DNA of 63,514 nt, filler included, from Collodictyon triciliatum (taxonomy: Eukaryota): the NCBI GenBank assembly GCA_043381765.1. It is 7 parts of 7 records of this genome, joined end to end, with 100 filler letters (N's around TTAATTAATTAA, not from the genome) between each part and the next. Parts side by side here need not be neighbours in the genome. Positions count along the whole stretch, not along the records: positions 40,498 to 50,518 come from JBHJMP010002821.1; positions 50,619 to 60,646 come from JBHJMP010002822.1; 5 more parts are not named here. One strand, given 5' to 3'. How positions within the stretch are numbered: position 1 is the first letter of the stretch; each line of letters opens with the position of its first letter. A model generated the notes under the pieces. That model was given only the letters and a program-made list of their open reading frames with translations. It was not told where the DNA came from and ran no database searches. The translations under genes were made by a program, and so were the position numbers. This document shows, in pieces, positions 40,498 to 56,500 of the stretch.

Positions 40498-41393
40498 GCA
40501 TTTGACGACCAATCCCTCAATCCCCCTTGAGTCAACCATCAACACCAACTCAAACAGAAATGAAGGAGGTTGGGAGGAGGAGGAAATGACGGGCATGAAT
40601 CTGTAATCTGCAAAGAGTTTGACCTCTATTCGAGTTAGTTTATGCGGAGATGCGTACCCTGGCGTGATGGTTGTGGTGCGGGGTGGAAAAAAATGTGTGT
40701 TGGGATGGGGCTGCTCTACCCTTTCTTTGCCGTTTTGTTCATTTATGGAATATAAAATGAGATTTTTAAGAATACTATATATATCAATATTTACCTTATT
40801 ATAAGTATAAATACCTGTAGTAACATATAGCTATAATATATATCATGTTATCATATGTCCCCCGTACCGCAGCGAAATGAATTGTGGACGAATGTTTGCC
40901 AAAATTTACAAAAATTAAAGAATGACCACATGAATTCAATCATTCTGTACTGGAATGGAATAAATATTTGAATCCGCTATTCGAGGGCACTGGAAAGGAA
41001 ATATTTCGGTAGAAAATATTACTATAGACAGATAAAAAAGGGTAAAATTCTGAAAAACTATTTGTGGATCTAAACGCATTTTAAAAATGTTTTCCGCGTC
41101 TCCTAAAAATGCGTTTGGGACATATAGGCATTTCCCTTCAGTTCTGGCCTTCCTTGTGGTTACTTTGGTGACTTTGTGCATTTCCCTTTGAATCAGACTT
41201 TCTCTCCGCCTCTTCTCCAAGCAACTCCCACGGTCGACGCGCTCTGTCCACCAGGTAAGTCTGACCAAAGCCAACCTCACCCAGACAAGCAGAGCAAAGC
41301 AAAGCACAAGCAACACCCAACCCTAACAACACGAATCCCCAACTCTCCAGGTCTCCAAACCCTCTCTACACCCTCAACCGAAAAACTTAAGCA

Positions 41394-42129
41394 ATGTCCG
41401 CACGCGGTAAGACAAAACTTCACAAAGAATATAAAACAAAAAAGAAAAAAAGAAAAAAGCAACAAAAGAACAAAAGAACAAAACAACAAAACAAGAAAAG
41501 AACACAAAACAAGCCAGAATCACAACCAGTGGAAAAGACAACAGAGCACTAAACAACACCCTCGCGGGGCGTCCCAGTGCGCGGTGGTGCCGGCGCCGGC
41601 AAGTTCCACATGTCGCTTGCGCTGCCCGTAGGGGCGGTGATGAACTGCGCAGACAACACCGGGGCCAAGAACCTGTACGTGATCGCCGTGGTGGGGATCA
41701 AAGGACGCCTGAACCGCCTGCCGTCCGCCTCCGCCGGCGACATGGTCATGGCCACCGTCAAGAAGGGCAAGCCCGAGCTGCGCAAGAAGGTCCACCCTGC
41801 CGTCGTGGTGCGCCAGCGCAAGGCCTGGAGGCGCCGCAACGGAGGCGTCTTCATCCACTTCGAGGACAACGCCGGCGTCATTGTCAACCCCAAGGGCGAA
41901 ATGAAGGGCTCCGCAATCACCGGCCCCGTTGCCAAGGAGTGCGCCGATCTCTGGCCCCGTATTGCCTCAAACTCTGGTGCGTCTCTCTTTCTTTCTTTCT
42001 TTCTCTATTCCTCTCTTTTATTCCATTTTCTCTTTTTCCCTTCCCCTCTTTCATTTCATTTCATGTCATTTCTCTCCCCCTTCCACCCTAATAACACTCG
42101 TCTACTCGGCTTTAGGAACCATCGTCTAA
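41394..42129 (+). CDS. RPL23: 60S ribosomal protein uL14 (L23), 3 coding exons
   Basis: MSAR/VRGG...[19 protein letters not shown]...[43 protein letters not shown]. Probable 5'UTR intron at 41255-41350. Confidence 0.96.
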
Positions 42130-42770
42130 ACATCCTCGCGCGCCGCAGTCACCTGTTCATATCGGCCTTGCAGGATTAGCAGACCATTCTCCCGATAAAC
42201 CCGAGTCTGGCCTATGAACGTTATCTATCTGCCCCTCGACTTGTGCTCTGCGCATGATTTTGCCAGCGTCCAACTCCACCCTTTTTGTCGGGCGAAAACC
42301 GAAGAAGGAATCTATTTCCAGAAAAGGATATTTATCGCCAGAAATCCAGATTCTACCTGGGGAGTCCAATGAATCCGGATTCGTTTCACTGTTGCGGCTG
42401 TGTGGGGTTTTTGGCAACAATCAAAGCGGACTGCCTGATCGCTGGTGTTGATGAAAGAAAAGAAAAGGAAAATAAACAAGGAAAAACAGAAAAGTGGAAG
42501 TATTAGGGATAACCACACTGCCATGATGATGAAGGAGATCTTCTCTCCCATTCTCTGCTGAACAAACCGTCTGTCTTTGAGGTCTTATTTAGAGCTTCCT
42601 CGAAAAAGTGTATTTTGTGGTTCTGTTTGTTTGGAGCCACAAGCAGGCCAACCTAGCGCTTTACTCTTGTCTCTAACTTTCCTAAGTTTTTTACCCACCT
42701 TTCTTCCTTTGTCTTCATTCTCTCTTCTCTGATTTCTCGTCATCGTCCGTAGTTTCTCACACAAAGCGTC

Positions 42771-45700
42771 ATGTCGAAGCCAATTCTTTCACCGGAAACA
42801 ATCAAAATATACGCGGAGGCCACGAATATCTCGAATCTCAAGGAGGATGTGAGTAAAAAGCGGATAGCGTTCTCATTGCTTATATGTACGCGAACAGAGA
42901 ATTGACAAAAGCTTGTTCCAGACATACCTCTATCCAGTTTTGCAAGACTTGACCGAGTAATTTAATATTTACACTCTCCTTCATTCTTTATTGACTTATT
43001 ACTAGGTGGCAAATACATTGATACCTGAAGTCGAGTACAGAATCCGCGAGTTAATTCAGGCTAGTATCTTAGATAGATATCATATGTTCCTTTTTTTTTT
43101 TTAAAGTCTGTCAAAATTTTTCTATATAATTTTATGATAGGTGAAAAATCAATATTGCGGTATAGTCTAATCTTCTTTAAATGAGCTATTTCGACAATAC
43201 GAGATTCTTTCCTAGTTAATATGAAATACCATTCTTTGATTCGAATAAAGGAAAAAAAAATATGAAATACCGTTCTCATATATACTTATTCTGCAACTTA
43301 GGATGCGGCCAAGTTTATGCGACATTCTAAGCGAAAGCGATTGAGTACATCCGACATAAGTCATGCATTGCGCTTGAAAAATACTGAAGTGGGTTTCTAA
43401 ATCATGATCCATCCCTCAAATCCATTTTTTTTTTTTTTGTAAAACCATGGTATCATACCTCATTCAGTGATGTTTTCTTACAAAAATGAGAATAAAATGG
43501 ATGCGCTCTTGCTCAAAATGTGAAGAAAACACAACATAAGAAATAGGAATGAAAGTTATCATGAACCTCTATTATTACCTAATACTTTGTATATTTTCGA
43601 AAGAATTTGTACGGATTTTCCAGCCCCGAACCACTCAAGTTCATTCGGCCGACATCTGACCAAGACTTATATATTGTTGAGGACACTGTAAGCTCTCAAC
43701 ACCCATAAGACTCTTTTTTTTTTTTTTTAAAAAAAAAGGAGAACCACTAATAATGCATAGAAAACGTCACTCATTTTCTGATACTGAAATTGACTCCAGG
43801 AAATTGAGATTGAAGACCTTTTATCTGGCTCCCTTCCCAGATGCCCTACGGAGTGCTCATTTACTATGCATTGGCTCGCTGTCAATGGAATACAGCCGCT
43901 TATCCCCCAGAACCCTATCCCTGTGGAAGGTTTGTAATCAAACTTGATAAAGAGCGTCTGTTGGGAGCTCATTCACTATTTATGTAATCTTTCTAAGTGC
44001 ACCTGTGTATAGGGTTTAAAGAATAATGATGTTTCTTTATCGCAATATTGTCGCACTCAATAATTACATATGTCGTTACTGTAAAATCAATGTAATGCTC
44101 ACCTCCCCACTCCATGTAAATCCTTCAAATGAACTAGAACAATCATCCTCTCAGAATGCGGACCAGGAAATTATCAATCAAAGAACAAATGATGCAAACA
44201 TTCAGGTAATCTTGTTGTGGCTTAGTTATCATTCATACTATCTATACCATAATTCACAACATTCAAGTTCTCTGTTCAGTTTTATTTTTCTACAATTAAA
44301 AATTCCAATGGTTTAAATTTATGTGTTTAGATTCGGGAACTGACCAGACATAAAATCTCTCAAGAGCTACTTCAGTATCTAGAGAAGATAAAAGATGGCA
44401 TACTTGAACCATTGATTAAAGTCCGATATCATAATATATAAAAATACTGCATAGCTCATTTATTTTGATGCTGATTTGCAATTTGAAGGTAAACATAACC
44501 GCAACCTCGGGAATGTTTGACACGAGCAACTCGCTTGCATCAGCTTTAAACGGAAGTGGACCAGCAGCATTATTGATTGGTACAACTAGTCGAAGTACCA
44601 GAGATGATAAAGGAGACTCTTCAACTGAAAAAGATGTATTTAGTTTCGCATATAATGAATAAATTGTAAATTATATAAATGATTTTGATATAATTATACC
44701 CTCCATTTATCTATTCAAATGACATCATCACGTATCCAATAGTTCTAAAATGGAATATTTAATTTCAGGTTAAGTCGTCAAACTTTACTACTTCACCGAA
44801 CCCCATTCAGAGAAAAATTATCAGAAGTCTCACCATAGACCCAGGACTCCAGCAACTCGTTCCGTATATATCTCAATTTATCGCTGAACAGGTTTGTTAT
44901 TTTCTTTTCCTACCTTTTATTATTTTTATTATGTATCTTGGGTTATATCTACCACATTGTAAAAATGGTAATAACGAACATACGCTGCGAGAAATAATTT
45001 ACACCCATCGTGTTGAAACGCTTTCTTTATTATAAATTAGGTGCGGACAAACCTCAGAAACCTGGCAATCTTAAACTCTTTAATGGAAGCTACAAGTGCA
45101 ATTCTGAATAATCCTCATATGAACGCAGAGCCATATGTAAAGAGTCCCTTCGATGCTTAATCCTTACTACCCCATCCTTTAAGCTTTGAGATATATGCGT
45201 CACATAACAGACTCATGGATTTTTTTCTCCGATATTGATAATTGTGTAAGTTTTTTTTATTTTATTTTATTTTCACTGACAAAAATTTGCTTCTTGGCTA
45301 TCCCTGGCTGACTTTGAATCACGAAGCTCCATCAAATTATGCCTTCTATCATCACATGCATTGTCGGCAGTCGACTATGCAGATACCCATCTGAAGACCA
45401 TTGGAAGTTGCGTGAATTTGCCGTTCACATACTATCATCCATTTGCAAGAGGTATTTTTGTCCCAGCTTCAATCCTTTTAGTTAATACTTAATTTGCCAA
45501 ACAATATCACTTCTACGATTTATATATTATTCCAGCTTGTTTCCTTTATCTTGAGAACATAAGAGGAAAAAAATAATAAAGTAAGGGCGAATGACGCAAA
45601 AGTGCAATCCTATCTTCAATGTAACCAAAATCTATTAGATACAATCACACATATCAGTCGCTCCAACCACGACTTGTTAAGACTCTTTTCAGTGCCCTAC

Positions 45701-46809
45701 TGGATACATCCAAACCCCTGACAACTCTATATGGGTCAATACTTGGATTATCTTCTCTGGGCAACCATGTGGTTCAGTTGCTTGTAGGGCTCTGTTTACC
45801 TATCTGTCTCATGCGTGTGATTCTCGATTTATTTACAATCATCTATCATCTCATTCATAAAATACAACTCTCATCCGGTTACTTTTGTTTGTAACTATAT
45901 TTTTTGGGGTTGCATCATCCTCTAAAATATCGATGTGCTTCCTGATTCTTGATAGTGACTTCACACTATTATTACCAGATACTGCCCAACTTGAAGTTCA
46001 TTGGAGATATAATCAATACGAATATGTGCTCTCGTGAGCCTCTGAAACGCATCGAGGCCAGAAAGTGCCATGGAATCCTGCTGGTAATCCAGCATATATA
46101 CTTTTTGCTTCTGATTCATGAGCTATGTGAAATAGTGATATCCTTATGAAACAATTTATAATATACTTTTCCTGCTAGTTTATACATGCTTTTACAACTC
46201 ACGCTAAACAATTATCCATTTTGGATAATCTTTTTTTTTCTTTTTGAATTCTTCTCTCTTTGTTTCTCTGTATTTGACCAAGTGAATCATAACTTTCGTT
46301 TATTTCTTATTCTCTATCCCCCAAAACACCCACAGCAAACCTGTGGACGCTACTTTGTATCACAGAACGAATCCATCCACAGAAGCGCCCTTCTCTCCTT
46401 CGCAAAGAGAGAAACAACCTCGGAAAAGAGCACGACACTGCCCGTATCCCCACCATCCAAGAAAGCGTCCACAAAGACAAGCAAAGAGACAGGCACGGGC
46501 GAAGCCGCAGCAGCCGGGAACAAAGCCGAAACCCAACTCCAGCAAACCGCGTCTGCAGACAGACCCGCACCAGAAAACGGGAGCGAGCGAGACTCGACCG
46601 ACATGGAGGACGAATCAGGACCGGCCAAAGACCCAGCCAAGGCCGCGGATGGTGGCGATGATGGCGATGTTGTTGCGCACAAACAGGAACTTCCGTCGCC
46701 GCCCGACCGGTATTCGGAGCTCTTTGAGGTGTTTGGCGAGGGTCTCATTCCATACGCGCTGACAGGCGCTTTTGGCGTTTTTCTCCCCGAGGCGGATGTA
46801 TTATTGTGA
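42771..46809 (+). CDS. TAF6: TFIID subunit 6, multi-exon
   Basis: Histone fold EVEYRIRELIQ/DAAKFMRHSKRKRLSTSDISHAL, then HWLAVNGIQPLIPQNP, DPGLQQLVPY, EPY/LHQIMPSIITCIV, EDHWKLREFA, YGSILGL. Confidence 0.92.
43236..43258 (+). mobile_element. Micro-insertion of the TTTGAATCGAATAAAGG-(A)n family in TAF6 intron 2, with an 18-bp TSD
   Basis: ttgattcgaataaaggaaaaaaa lies between aatatgaaataccattct (43218-43235) and aatatgaaataccgttct (43259-43276). Confidence 0.7.
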
Positions 46810-47495
46810 TTCACGAGGCGTGCGTGCATTGTCCGTTGATGTGTGCTTTCTTCCTTTCTTTCTTGGGTGGTGGCCCGGTTGCGACAATCGTTGGTGCGCA
46901 AGCCCAAGAAATAATAAAATAATATAAAAATAACAAACAAACAAACAAACAAACGGAATGAAAATAAGCAGGAAAAACAAAACAAAAGAAAATAACACCA
47001 AGTAAATCAATGGTTCAGCAGATTTGCGGGCTGGGTCTCTCTGAAGAATAGGTGGTGGTGAGAAGTAAAAGCCTACAAAATAGAGTACAGGACAGGAGCC
47101 ACAAGCAGACTCGCTCGTGTGGTTGGCTGCTCGGCATGGGTTGCTGCAGGGGGGTTGCAATAGGCGCAGAAGGGGTCCAAGGAAGACGAAAAAGAATAAT
47201 CGAAAAGGAAGAAAAGTAGGGCAGACTGCTTCATGAAGTTGTCGCGGGTTTATGAAGGGCGCAGATGTGAGCTGTGTCACTTGTGTGCGTAGGCCTGTTG
47301 GACAGCAATCAGGTCGTAATAGCATTCCTCTTCCGTTTCCATTTCCTACACGGCGCATATTGTTTGTGATTGGAGAGGGAATGTATTGGTACTGGTGATT
47401 GGGCTGGGGAGCATAACACGCAGCGATGACAAAAATTACGAAAAGCGAAAGATAGATAGAAAAGATATTAACTCGATACTCAATAATAAAGACAA

Positions 47496-50400
47496 TCATA
47501 CACTCAGCCACGGGTGCGAAAATGCTTCCAAGGCTGTAGGGCTATCATTTTTTTTTTTAAAAAAAAATTATTTTTAGATGTTTTTTCCCCCTTTATTCGA
47601 TTCAAAGTAGATGTTTTTTTTTTTTAAAAAAAAAGTTGCATAAAGAGCGCACAAATTCGCAAGCTATCCTCATATTCCTACTCATCATTTTTACATGAAT
47701 GCATTTTTTTTTTAAAAAAGAATCAAAAGGGATGCGCCTGTTTAAAAGAGTAAAATGATGGATAAACTACCGCTTCGCTGGGTCGATTTCTAAAAGTTTC
47801 TGAACAAAATCGAGGAAAGTTCCAGAGGGTGAGCGCAGACGATGTGCAAGGGACGACTTCTTGGGGATAATGAACCTGAAAGCAACAATAAAAGGACATA
47901 TAAAAGAACAATACAAAGCGTTTTTAGAGTTTGTCAATACCTTCATGCCAGCCTTTAAATATAGATGTGCATGTAACGAATTAACCAGACGAGAATACTG
48001 ATTAATTTTTTTTTTATTAAAAAAAAATACTTTAGCTGGGTTCCATTGTTTCTGTACTCATACAAAAGTCCATTTTTGTTGAACATGCGCGAAGAGTGGT
48101 GACCCTGGGCAATCATGTGAGGCGGTATTGGCCCTGCATCAAGGGAAAATAAAGCAAGTAAGCAAAGCAATAACGAACACATTATAACGGCCCTGGCTTT
48201 CTTCCTCTTATGTGTGCGTTTTGCAGTGAAGGTCACCAATATCCCACCTAAAATAGATATGATTCGTCCAATCATCGTGTTGATAGAAATGTTTTGGAAA
48301 AGGACATATCCCGTAAACAATTCAGCGAGGATACAGCCAAGGGACCATATATCGACCTTTTTTCCATACGGGCAACCAAGGACCACCTAAGAGTGAAAGG
48401 TGTTTAGCCAAACTTTACATGAAAAAAAAAAAAAGAAAAGAAAAAAAGAGAGAAAACTTCAGAAAAAACGCATCTATTTTCGATTTCATAGATTGATACA
48501 TTTCAATTGTGGAGGTGTTTTACTCACTTCAGGTGCTCGGTATGAGCGAGATTGGACATAAGAAGTATGGAAATCGGTAGTGTAGCAACTCGACCCAAAA
48601 TCAATCAATTTCACTGCACATCTACGAGATTTATGTTTTGTAATAAATAAATTATGAAATCATAGTAATTATTTTAAACAGGAATAAAGGTTGTGATAGG
48701 TACAAATTGATTTAAAGGTCTTTAATACCGGCTTATGCTTTGCATGAGGATATTTTCTGGTTTCAAATCGCAGTGAATCAAATCAATGCTGTGGATGAAG
48801 TTCAAGGCAGAGAGGAGTTGTCTTTGGCAGTAGATGGATAAGTAAATTAGAAAATAAGGTACTCATAAAAGGTTCTAACAGTCGATCTATCAAAGTCTAT
48901 ACGTCGTTACCTGGTAATTCTGCGCAAACGAGGGATTGTAAAATAGTTTGGGTACCCAGAATCATGGTGATAAGTAAATAGGTCATATAGATTTGACTTC
49001 AAAAGTTCGGTAACCAAAAACAAGTGCTCCTTGTAATAGAAACAATCTAATATTCGTTACACAAAGTATGAATTGAAGTTTAGAATATGAGTATATTAAT
49101 ATGCCCCAAGATTTAACTACCATAGCATCGGACAATCGGGCATTGCCCTTCGGGGTCCATCATATTCAACCTTCTGAGGATTTTGAACTCGTCAAAGGTT
49201 TGATCGATGAAACTCTTGTTGTTTCGAATTACTTTTAAGCAGACCTATTTGTACCAACAAATTAGAAGCCAACTTTGGTTTTATCCTCTCTAATGGAGTA
49301 TCATTACATGATTCCACTCCTTTTCACATCATAATTCTTTTATTTTATTTTATTTTTATTTACCAAATATCCATTGCTAAGGTCCAAGCACTTTATCGCT
49401 CGGCTGAATGCAGCAGAGCCGATATACTCGAGAATTTGATATCTAGCGGCGATAACTCTCCCAATGCTGATGTCAAAATCCTCTGTAGGCTCGAATCCAG
49501 TCTTATCTACCTCGTAAATAACCTACATAATGGCCACTAATAAGAAAATGAACTCCACTGCTTAGATATATGATATAGTTGATCAATTTGGGCGAGTGCA
49601 TAGCATATTCGTTCAAGGTGAATGCATATGTACATTAATTGCCATGCTCTCTATAACGGTGAATTGGAGCTGATATAAGTTGCGCAGATATTCTGGATCC
49701 TCATCTGACAGATCCGGAGAAATAATGGACCTTTCGATGAGTTCTTTGTTTCGGCGCTTTTCGATGGTCACATCACTGATGGGGTCTTCACAGGCAATTT
49801 GAGCAGAATAAAGCTCGCGAGTCTCATTCTCATCTTTCTCCTCTTCGTCAGTATCTTTGTCTTCCATGTCGTGGATGGAAAATGGTCCATTTACACTGGA
49901 AGGATTTCGCGCTGTGGTTATAGCATTATCAGTGTTGATTCTATTTTAGCTAAAGTATATCATGGGAGAATTTGTGTTATAAAACATACCATAGTAATCG
50001 ATATCCTTTCATAAACTTACTTGTGTCGTGATACCGCAGAACACGATAACCACAATCGTTATCGTCATCCCATTCATCCAGAGTTTTTTCTGTCAAATTT
50101 AGACATATATCAATACGAAGCCGAGTTTATGAACCGTGAAAAAAATGATATTGAGAAATATGACTATTCGGGAATCTCACCGCAATCAGGAACGAAGTAA
50201 GGATATGTCACTGATGGGTCAGTGGCTAAAAAATTCGTAAAAATGAATGTATGAAAAATGAAAGATTGGAGAGAATTAAGTCATGATATTATTCGGTATA
50301 TTTATAAATATGATATAGTGATACATGATATATATATATATTCGAACAGAACATCATGCCTGAATGTCTTTACGATCGATAGAAGACATATACCGCACAT

Positions 50401-50518
50401 GCATACATAGGGTGAGAGGAAAAATTCATTGAGGATTCACATAATTTTAATAATGCAGAATCGGTGTGCAGTTAAAAATTAACATTTCCGAACAGCCCAA
50501 AGACAAAGTCGGACGTTG
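47496..50518 (-). CDS. DYRK-family (CMGC) protein kinase, 5'-truncated
   Basis: KTGFEPTEDF, YIGSAAFS, VCLKVI, HCDLKPENIL, IDFGSSCY, SYVQSRSYRAPE, DIWSLGCILAELFTG, IDPAKRPTALEAFSHPWL*. Confidence 0.9.
47587..47607 (-). mobile_element. Micro-insertion of the TTTGAATCGAATAAAGG family in the last kinase intron, with a 12-bp direct repeat
   Basis: ccccctttattcgattcaaag lies between two tagatgtttttt copies (47575-47586 and 47608-47619). Confidence 0.65.
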
Positions 50519-50618
50519 NNNNNNNNNNNNNNNNNNNNNNNNNNNNNNNNNNNNNNNNNNNNTTAATTAATTAANNNNNNNNNNNNNNNNNNNNNNNNNN
50601 NNNNNNNNNNNNNNNNNN
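50519..50618. other. Artificial scaffold-joining spacer
   Basis: N44-TTAATTAATTAA-N44. Confidence 0.95.
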
Positions 50619-50895
50619 GTCTTTTTGTCTTTTTGTCTTTTTGTCTTTTTGTCTTTTTGTCTTTTTGTCTTTTTGTCTTTTTGTCTTTTTGTCTTTTTGT
50701 CTTTTTGTCTTTTCGTCCAAGCTCGTTTTTTTAATATTCTTTTTGCCCTTACTCTTATTTTTTATATTCTTAATATTTTATAGGAGCAGAGCACCTTTTG
50801 AAACAGAACAATAAGTTTCTTTTTTTTTTTTTAGTAATATGATTAAATATGCTAGATAGCTTTTTTTTTTTTGATGTATACATCAACTTAATTAG

Positions 50896-53274
<2,379 letters not shown>

Positions 53275-53555
53275 AATGATATGTAAATAATTTGCATCAA
53301 ACAGATGACCGGACTACTGCGACAGCCAAGAATTAGTTCCTGAGATTTGGCACTTTGCTTTACAATAAAAAAATTACTATTTTTATTTCATTGGAGCGAA
53401 TCAAGTTTTGTCCCTTTGCTTATGCTTGTTTCTTCCTTATGTGAACACCATTTTTGCGTTTGATTAAAAAAAAAATTTTTTTTTTATTTCTTTCTGGCGT
53501 GTTGTGCTGCCTATTTCAATCCCTTTTCTTCTGGTAATCACCGAGGTTTGGTCTA

Positions 53556-56500
53556 CTATTTCGGTGGGGATGGCTCAGAGGGGTGGTAAAATTCGTGGTA
53601 CGTTGAGAGACCCTAAAGATAGTAAGAGGTCATGCGCAATAAATAAATAAATTAATCAAAAGTAAGCGAAAGCCGAATGCTCTCCATGATGTGCGCATGC
53701 CAAGATAATGACTTTTCATAGCCCCAAATTATCAGCATACTTTAATCCACCGAGACATCTCCACTATCGAAGGTGCTATTACAAAAATGTCCATTTGGGG
53801 GTGTATGTCCCCCAAAGGGGAAACAAAAGGATATTGATTAGGGAATACTTTTTTTTTATGGCAATCAAATGTTTTGATGGGTGATGAACACAGAAGAATA
53901 CCTAGAAGTTGGTAGGTGCGAAGGGTGGTGTCTATCACAAAGGGACATCCATCCCTTTTTGCTGATTGGGACAGAACTTCAGCTATGTAGTCGCATTAGT
54001 AATTAGTTGCGTTGAATTTGTCTGGCAAAAAAATCATGGATTACATTAAATATAGATGCTATGAATTAAAATGAGTATGAAAAGACAAACTACAACCTGC
54101 GTGGACATAGGTGATTGCTAGATGAAAATTTAAATGAGTAACAAATAACTCAGGAATTAATATGGTATTTTATTCAAATATAGTGCATTTTAAAAGGATG
54201 GTAGAAATAATATGACATTATGTAAAACAGTAAAATGACTATGTCATGAACCATATACATTGCAAGGGAATCTTGCCAACAGGGTTAGCATCTGTTTTTT
54301 TCTTGTAGTAATATAACGAGTCGCCTTTTATGGAGAACCAACGGTCCTGGGCAACCACGGAGATAGTCGAAAGCACAAAAGAAATAAGAATTTTGTTTGT
54401 ATTCATATTTATTTTGTTAAAAAAAAAAATGAGAATGGGTAATAAAATATTAAATGTAAACTTTTTCATCTAACATAGAAGAAAAATTGAAATGTTTTGT
54501 ATATTTTGAATTCAGAAAAGGCTTTCAATTGTATGAACCTGGTAAATTTGAAAAGGTCCTTCTCTCAATTTACTCAAACTTCCTTGAAGTTGAGGGAGCT
54601 GCGTGAATAGAATGTAAATAAGATTTCCATGTTGTGGCGGAATTAATTTTCACTTATGAGGAAAGGTATGTGTCAGGATTTCTACGCAAAGCAATCCATT
54701 TATACTATCACAAGACGCTGTGGCTCTATCTCCTCTGGTGCCTCGTCCTAAGTGTTTGGCAATTTGAAAAAAAAAAACTAAACGAAGTCCATTTTTCTTT
54801 CCTTTTAATGAAAACAACCCCTCGAAAGAAATACGAGAGGGCTTTAAAAAAAATCCAATAAATTGGAAACCTTGTGCTGCTCAGCAGTTTGGCTATGTAG
54901 GGCGCAATTACGATGTGAATTAAAATATGAAAATACTGAGTTTTGCCTCTATGTAGGCATGCGAATGATAATAGAATAATCAATTTATAATAGAAAATGA
55001 AGGATATGTATATTAGCGATAAATGGCTGACACTGTCTTCAATTGCTCCATCCAACTGGACTGTGCAACGTGATTTTTGAAGTCGATCCAAATGCTCCTG
55101 GAAGATATCCGAACGAGGATGCAATGTCCCAGGCTTTTGATTGGTTCACCTTGAGCAAGAGAGAGTCCTGCCTTATCCTCTGGTGATGGTGTCAGGACAG
55201 CCAGAATATCCTGATTTAATGTTTATTTTATGAATGTGAGACTGACAAAAAAAAAATTATAATTATTAAAAATTAAAAAAAATATAGACTTCAAATTAAT
55301 AGAAATGCAATTATATTCGAAAGGGTGTAGAGATTATTTATTTATTCATTTGCATATTTCTAAATCATACAGATCTGGTAATTATTTCAGGAGTTTGACC
55401 ATCTGTTGCACTCATTTTCGAGTCGTATAATTTAATGAATGAATCATCTAAGCGAAGCCATTTATTACTCCATTCATCACCAACCAAAATAGTTGCTGGA
55501 CCCTCCAAAAGAACCTAGTTACAAGAATCATCAATTGGACATATGGGTATATATCTTATGGCCAAAAGAGGAGGGGGGGGGGGGGGGGGGGGGAAGGATG
55601 AATAGGCTTCATGAATATGGGATAAACAACATATAGCGACACATTGTAATATATGACATTCAAAGACGAACAGTGGAATCAAGCTCTGCTTCCTCATCGT
55701 CGTCCTCATAATTTTGTTCGAACACAAATGACTGTAAGAGTGAAGTAGTTTAGAGGCAGAGGGAGAGAGTTGATAATCTATCAATAAAATGAGATGAAAC
55801 CCCAGCAGCAGATGATTGGTAACTCTTACACGGCGTTGGCTGCGCGCTATAAGGTAAGGAAATTATATAGAGATGGTAAGATGGTAAATATTGATTTTAC
55901 ACATTGTTACAGAAGAATTGGCATAAGAAAAGTATGTGGGTGATGTAATAAATATAAAATAATCTTCAGTGGCGATGACGAGTAGATATACATTTGAATT
56001 TGAGCTATATAGATGAAAATAAGAAGAAAAAAGGTAGTTGAAATTTTATTCATGTTAGTAATTGGAAATAAGCGAGCTCATTTGGTCACACTCTGAAACA
56101 AATTTATTTGACATAACTGGCTTATGAAGATGTAAGTTTATCGTATGCTATGCAAGATAAAAAAAAAAGGGTGTTCTAGAGAATACTTACGAGTTCTTTG
56201 GGTCGGTATCCCATGGGATATTATTTCAGTCACATATAGAGATCGACAGCGCTCCAATACATTCACCCATTGTCGTGCCTTCAAATAGTTCATATTAGTA
56301 TTTAGGATACTAGCGTTATATGAGAGGGAAACAAGATTTTTCCAGAAAAATTGTTCAATTGAGAATTTTATGAAATATGCACCTCCTCACGATTTCGCGC
56401 AGCGAGGTAGTAGGCTCTGTAATCCTATAAGATAGCATATATACACATATATACATGAGCATGACGTGAGTTTTTTAACGGTCTGTATATACTGGTGAGT

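Noticed and set aside
46801-47511. 236-aa minus-strand ORF
   Set aside because: It spans the convergent 3' regions of TAF6 and the kinase, is partly simple repeat, and has no protein-like motifs.
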